From Balanoglossus misakiensis (lineage: Eukaryota; Animalia; Hemichordata), in assembly GCA_040954595.2 (NCBI GenBank), contig CM082589.2, positions 1,218,009 to 1,282,008 on the forward strand: 64,000 bases of DNA, given 5' to 3'. How positions within the stretch are numbered: the stretch's first letter is position 1; each line of letters opens with the position of its first letter. The notes under the pieces were generated by a model. It had not been told where the DNA came from, did not search any database, and saw only the letters and a list, made by a program, of their open reading frames with translations. The position numbers were made by a program, and so were the translations under genes. This document shows, in pieces, positions 37,416 through 64,000 of the stretch.

Positions 37416-40400
37416 ACCGATGAGTATAATTATGCACTTTACCAGTTACCTATAGTCAAGAGGCACATGTTTACTACGATAGAATATACCCGTACATTAT
37501 GCATTTGCAATTCCCAGTAGACTATAGTCCCATACAGTAACTCTGAAGGGTCTATATTTTGTGCATCACATGTTTCACTAGCCTGCAAAACATCCAAAGC
37601 TTGCTTATAGTGACTGATCAGCAATGAAATTATGCATAAATACTTATGTTGTGTCTGGAAGCTGGATTACATATTGAAGTTGGCATTTTAAATATCAAAA
37701 CAGAGTATCAGGATTGAAGCTATGACTCGGCTTGCCCTACGAACATCATTGACGCACCCCACACTTTGCCATACTAACGCGTGGGAGTGTCCATCTGCGA
37801 TCCCGATCGAACCTGACGTGGAACCAAAGCAAAACATGTTACTGGTGCGATCTCTATCCAAATAACCGCAGTTTGACTTCTTCCTCTTCTGTCTGGACAA
37901 CTTCAAACTGTTTCTGTTTTGTTGGCATACTGTGAAAACGCATAAGTGCAGCAAACAAACATCTATGATTTGGATGACGGGGTATACAAAATCTACGGGT
38001 GGTCATGTACTTTCACATCTGTCCATAGAGTCACAGTAACCGCGGCGGAACACTTAAAGTTTGGTGTCAGCTGAAAATATCAATGTTGTGTTCTTGGGAC
38101 AGTATTGTGATTAAAAATAATTTGATATAAAAAAATATTGGTCCGATGTCTTTTATATCTGAATCACAGGGTCCTAGTTCGACTCATTTAGTGTGTGTGA
38201 AAGCCATGTTGAAAAAAACGGTGTCTTCTTTCTGGGAAAGTTTTCAAGATTCGCTTTGGGGAGGAGAATCGGTAAAAAGTACAATGGATGTTCTTGGAAA
38301 ATCTTGTCACTCATACCAGGGAAGAAATATGCCAATTAGCTACCAAGTGAAAACCTTAACAGTTAGAGATAACTCGTTTGCTTTCTTGATATACGAAAGC
38401 AATGATTACGGCCGCGACGTAAGTAGATAGAGCGTTTATTTGGCGCAATGGGCGGCAACTTCATAATCACTTAAACCAAAATGCTGAAGTCAAATTATCT
38501 GGAATGCATCATCACAATTGTAGACCTCCTTGAAGCAACCATGTCGTGATGTAAAGACAAACACTTTTTTCAAAGTTGGCTGACAATATTTTTTTCGCAA
38601 AAAGAGCGCTTTCGCAGCACCTTAGGCTGGAACCAAAAGTAGGAGTTTACTATAGAAATGTCTCTCAGAAAAAGTTGGCCGCAAATACTTTATCTCTTCA
38701 AAAGTTTGACATTCCATAAACTCTTTCGGTTTCTACAAACCTGAATTCGGGTGGAGAAGCTGAAAATACCTGAGTAAGTAGCTCAATATTGTCCGCGGGC
38801 GGAGAATTTGGATGATCGAACTATACGCCCCCTTTCTTCCACTTTCAAAAACGAGTGCGCTGCGATAACTTTTTAACGACCTTTTTAATTCAATCAACCG
38901 TTTAATATCGAACAGTATTTCTTAATGACCACTATTTGAAGTGGATGAAACATTATTTTGAAAGAGTTACGTAACATTCCATAATTGATTGTTGATCTTT
39001 TAAAAGTTTTCAGTCACTGTTCTTTTTCTTGTTACGGAACAGGTTGTGATATGAAAAAGGGCGTGGTGTGTGATCTTGCGTCGTGTCAATACGAATGGTT
39101 TCCTCTGTCTTTAATTGTTTCTCCACACTTCAGGCAACAAACTGACCAGTTTAATAGGGTGAACCTTTATTCTCTGGTATCTATTAACATACTTTATATT
39201 AAATATCATCAGTTTCGAAGGTTTAAACATTTCCATGACCTATATGTAAGTTTTCTGACCCGGTTCATTTTATACAGCGGTAGTTCTGTCGTGGTAGCGT
39301 CAGCTATTAATAGTACAGCATGTACATGTACATGTGACTGTACACAAACATTGGACTCATACGGTGTATAGGGCTTCTCAATTACGACAACCTTTACGGT
39401 CAAAGTTCAAAAAGTTTTGCGCGACTTTTTGTGTCCAGAACCTTGTCCGGTAGTTGGGCAAGGTGACCACTGGTACTGGACATTAATTGGACAAACACGT
39501 CGTGACCCAATTTTTCAGATACTCATGGGGAAGTGTGACACAAAAACAAGGACATTGAAGTGAAACTAAGAGACTCTCTGGTTGGTCTAAGTTTGCTACT
39601 TAATTGAACTGAGCATGCGCTTTATACTTATCTGTATAGATTATGGGATAGGTTTTGTTGAGAAAAGTTTGGAAGTGTACTTTGTTTGGAGTCACATGAT
39701 ATTAACCGCAACTGTCCAAAGTTAACAAACTTCCGTCTGTCGTCAGGAAAGGAGTTCTCTTCCGCCCAAGAAGAGGTATTTGGTGTTATATCGTGTTCTT
39801 AACAGTCAAATGTTTGTGTAACGGTACAGACAGTGCCTCTGTGCAAGTGCTGCATCACGCTGTGGTATGTTTGTTTCAAACACGATTAAGTGGGACCAGT
39901 ATAACTTTTTGTGTTGTCCCTGAAGGCGGTAAAATGTCATCTCAAAGTTTGTTCAAATGGAGAAGTTGCAGCAGTAATTTAGCTTAACTGCTATGCACAG
40001 TTACGTTGTTGTTTGCAGGGATCCGTACCATGTTTTAGTTAAATAACACGCGTCAAATTCTAGTGAACTTTATCTGTAGTGTGTGCGGGTGGAATTTTTT
40101 GTGTGTGCGACCACGAGTTCCTAACATACCATACTGGCCGTCTCTTGGATAACCATATTTTTCCTAATTTAGTCACCCAGTTTCCCCCGTACATTGACTG
40201 GGTGTGAGTTTATGATACCTGGGCAAACATGAGACTAATTTTTCGTATTTTTTCGATTGTTTTAGCGTTAAGTATGCCCCTTCCGGTGGTTTGTAATAAG
40301 TTTCGATAAGTTGTGTGCACGTCACATGCAAAGTAACCGGCATATGTAATGAGTTGAAGAGGCCACATAAGGTTGAACATACATGATCGATGTAGTTGTT

Positions 40401-41533
40401 CATTTTAGTCAAAAATAACAGAGATGAAACACCACAAACGAAGCAAATAACGCCAGATCTTAACAAGGAAATAGATTTACCCACTTAAATATTTTGACCC
40501 ACTTTTTATAGAACCGTTGTGGTAATTTCGGCGTCGAAATGTAACTCTTTTGTTAAACTCCTCATTTTAATAAAAATCGACGATATATTGCAAAGTGTGT
40601 GCCCCTCACAAAACTCATTATACGGTGTAGTCCTCATCGAAATCGTCCCCGCAATCTCGCTCTTCGTCCAACTAATTTATGTCAACAAGATCACCCGAAT
40701 TTCATATTTGTGAGTATTTTCTATAATTCTACAGAGTTTGGTTAAATTTAAAGTTTCAATTTCTATAAACGACAGATTTGTATTCACTACGTATGTGTGA
40801 TATTAACATGACCTTTGTGTGGTCGGCGCAAGGATCATCGCCGTAATCAGTCTAATATCAAAACAAGAAAACTTTGTCAAAATTGATCAAAAATTGCCTG
40901 TTTTCTTCCGGAAAATTTAGAATTAATACCAGTGATATATATAGTTCGTTGATGGATAAATTGCGTGTAGAATTGTGTGATTTGATGTATTTTGATATGA
41001 GTTTGATATCACTGGTAATAAAGGTGGAAAAGTAGAACCACCATCAAATATGGCTGAAAACTTAAAAAAATATGTGGCATTGATAAGTTTGTTATCGGTC
41101 AAATTTTGTGATGATTTCTTGCATGGTGTCAGTATTATGTGATTTCTGTTGATAACAAATACCTGTGAAGCATTTTGTGGACTGTTTTGTTAGTATTATG
41201 CTCGGAAAGTGAAAGGTCTTCTGTATGTACGGAGGATGGAATAGGTACCCCTATCAATAGAAGCTGATTTAATGTAAAACTTATGTGCATATGTCTGCTA
41301 GATGGAAACCCATTACACTTGTAAATTTCAGCACTTTTATTAAGAGAATGTCAATTATCCTTAAAATATAATATTTCAGTTTATTACTTTTCTTTTATGT
41401 GGAGGCAGATATCCTTGTTGTGTTTTCTGCATCTTTAGCAGAAAGAGAAGTATTGGCGATTTGCCAACATGGCTGTCATCATGAAACTCTTTTGCAAATA
41501 CCTGAATACCGTGTCTCTTTTTAAAAATCAGAC

Positions 41534-63157
<21,624 letters not shown>

Positions 63158-64000
63158 GTATGCTATCATCTCATTGGCCATTGACAAGTCAGATATCAGC
63201 ATTATTGACTCTTCTGACACAAATATTGGCCAAGATCAAGTCAATACCTTACGACACTGAAAACACAAATATCCATTGAACTAATCATGGGATATTTAGG
63301 TTTTCAGCATGGTAAGGTTTGATCTACAGATTCTTATTGGTCAGTCTGAAGTGACATGACAGCATAAGTGGCTGTTCTGTTTCTTGATTGGTCAATGCTA
63401 GGTCATTAATTTAAATTATAAGCCTGCTTCCATTTCATTGGTCAATTTTAAATCATTGCCACCAATTTAAACCTGCAAGTGATCTGCATAAATTGCATTG
63501 TCGTCATCAAATTCACATTAACTTGTAACACGAGCTGACTTCAGAATGAACTAACTCAACACCATGTAACAATAATTCACAACTCAGTCTACAATGACTA
63601 AGAATACCACTAGGTAAGGTATTAAATTCACTCATTTCATGTCTTCTAATTTTCTCAATAATGCGAGACATTAGCTGCGAAATCTCTCGGCACTTTTTAG
63701 TGCTGTTCCTGACAGTAAAAAAAACATGACAGCTTCCAAGTAGTTGGCTCTGATTCAATGATAATAGTTTAGTCTTTTGATAAAACGAGTAAGATCTGAT
63801 TTTATCTACAATGGCAAGAAAATGGCTTTGATTTTGTTAAATTTCTTCACTTCAGCCCGCTTAGTGAAACATGGAAAGCTGTTCTATATTTCTGACTTCA
63901 AGCTCTAATCTCCTTTTTCGTTCAATTCTAGGATCTGTGTCTTCTATGATTTTATGTGGAGATCGTGTTTTCTTTCAGGTGATAGATATCGAAATCCATT

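Noticed and set aside
63931-64000. Acceptor-like sites near the window end
   Set aside because: They do not yield the expected SLSGCP continuation of the zinc finger; the next MYT1 exon probably lies beyond the window.

Overview
AT-rich, intron-containing animal genomic DNA, not prokaryotic. Gene content suggests an invertebrate deuterostome such as a hemichordate or amphioxus (inference). Eight spliced protein-coding genes were rebuilt by hand from GT-AG boundaries and reading-frame phase: PARPBP (3' part, +), a non-vertebrate ionotropic glutamate-family receptor with Epsilon-like, glycine-type features (-), RPS7 (-), RNASEH1 (+), PEX13 (+), TRAPPC12 (-), EIPR1/TSSC1 (+) and a MYT1/MYT1L/ST18-family CCHHC zinc-finger gene (+, runs off the window). 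Main findings: a box C/D snoRNA in the last RPS7 intron with a 13-nt 28S rRNA guide (U51/SNORD51-type); gene order and orientation matching human 2p25.3, with PEX13 in place of ADI1; a uORF plus two in-frame AUGs in RNASEH1; a candidate 6-nt neural microexon in EIPR1; candidate alternative exons in MYT1; a cluster of MYT1's own AAAGTT motif upstream of MYT1; and CTCF-like motifs flanking the receptor gene. All identifications come from recalled family motifs; no database search was run.
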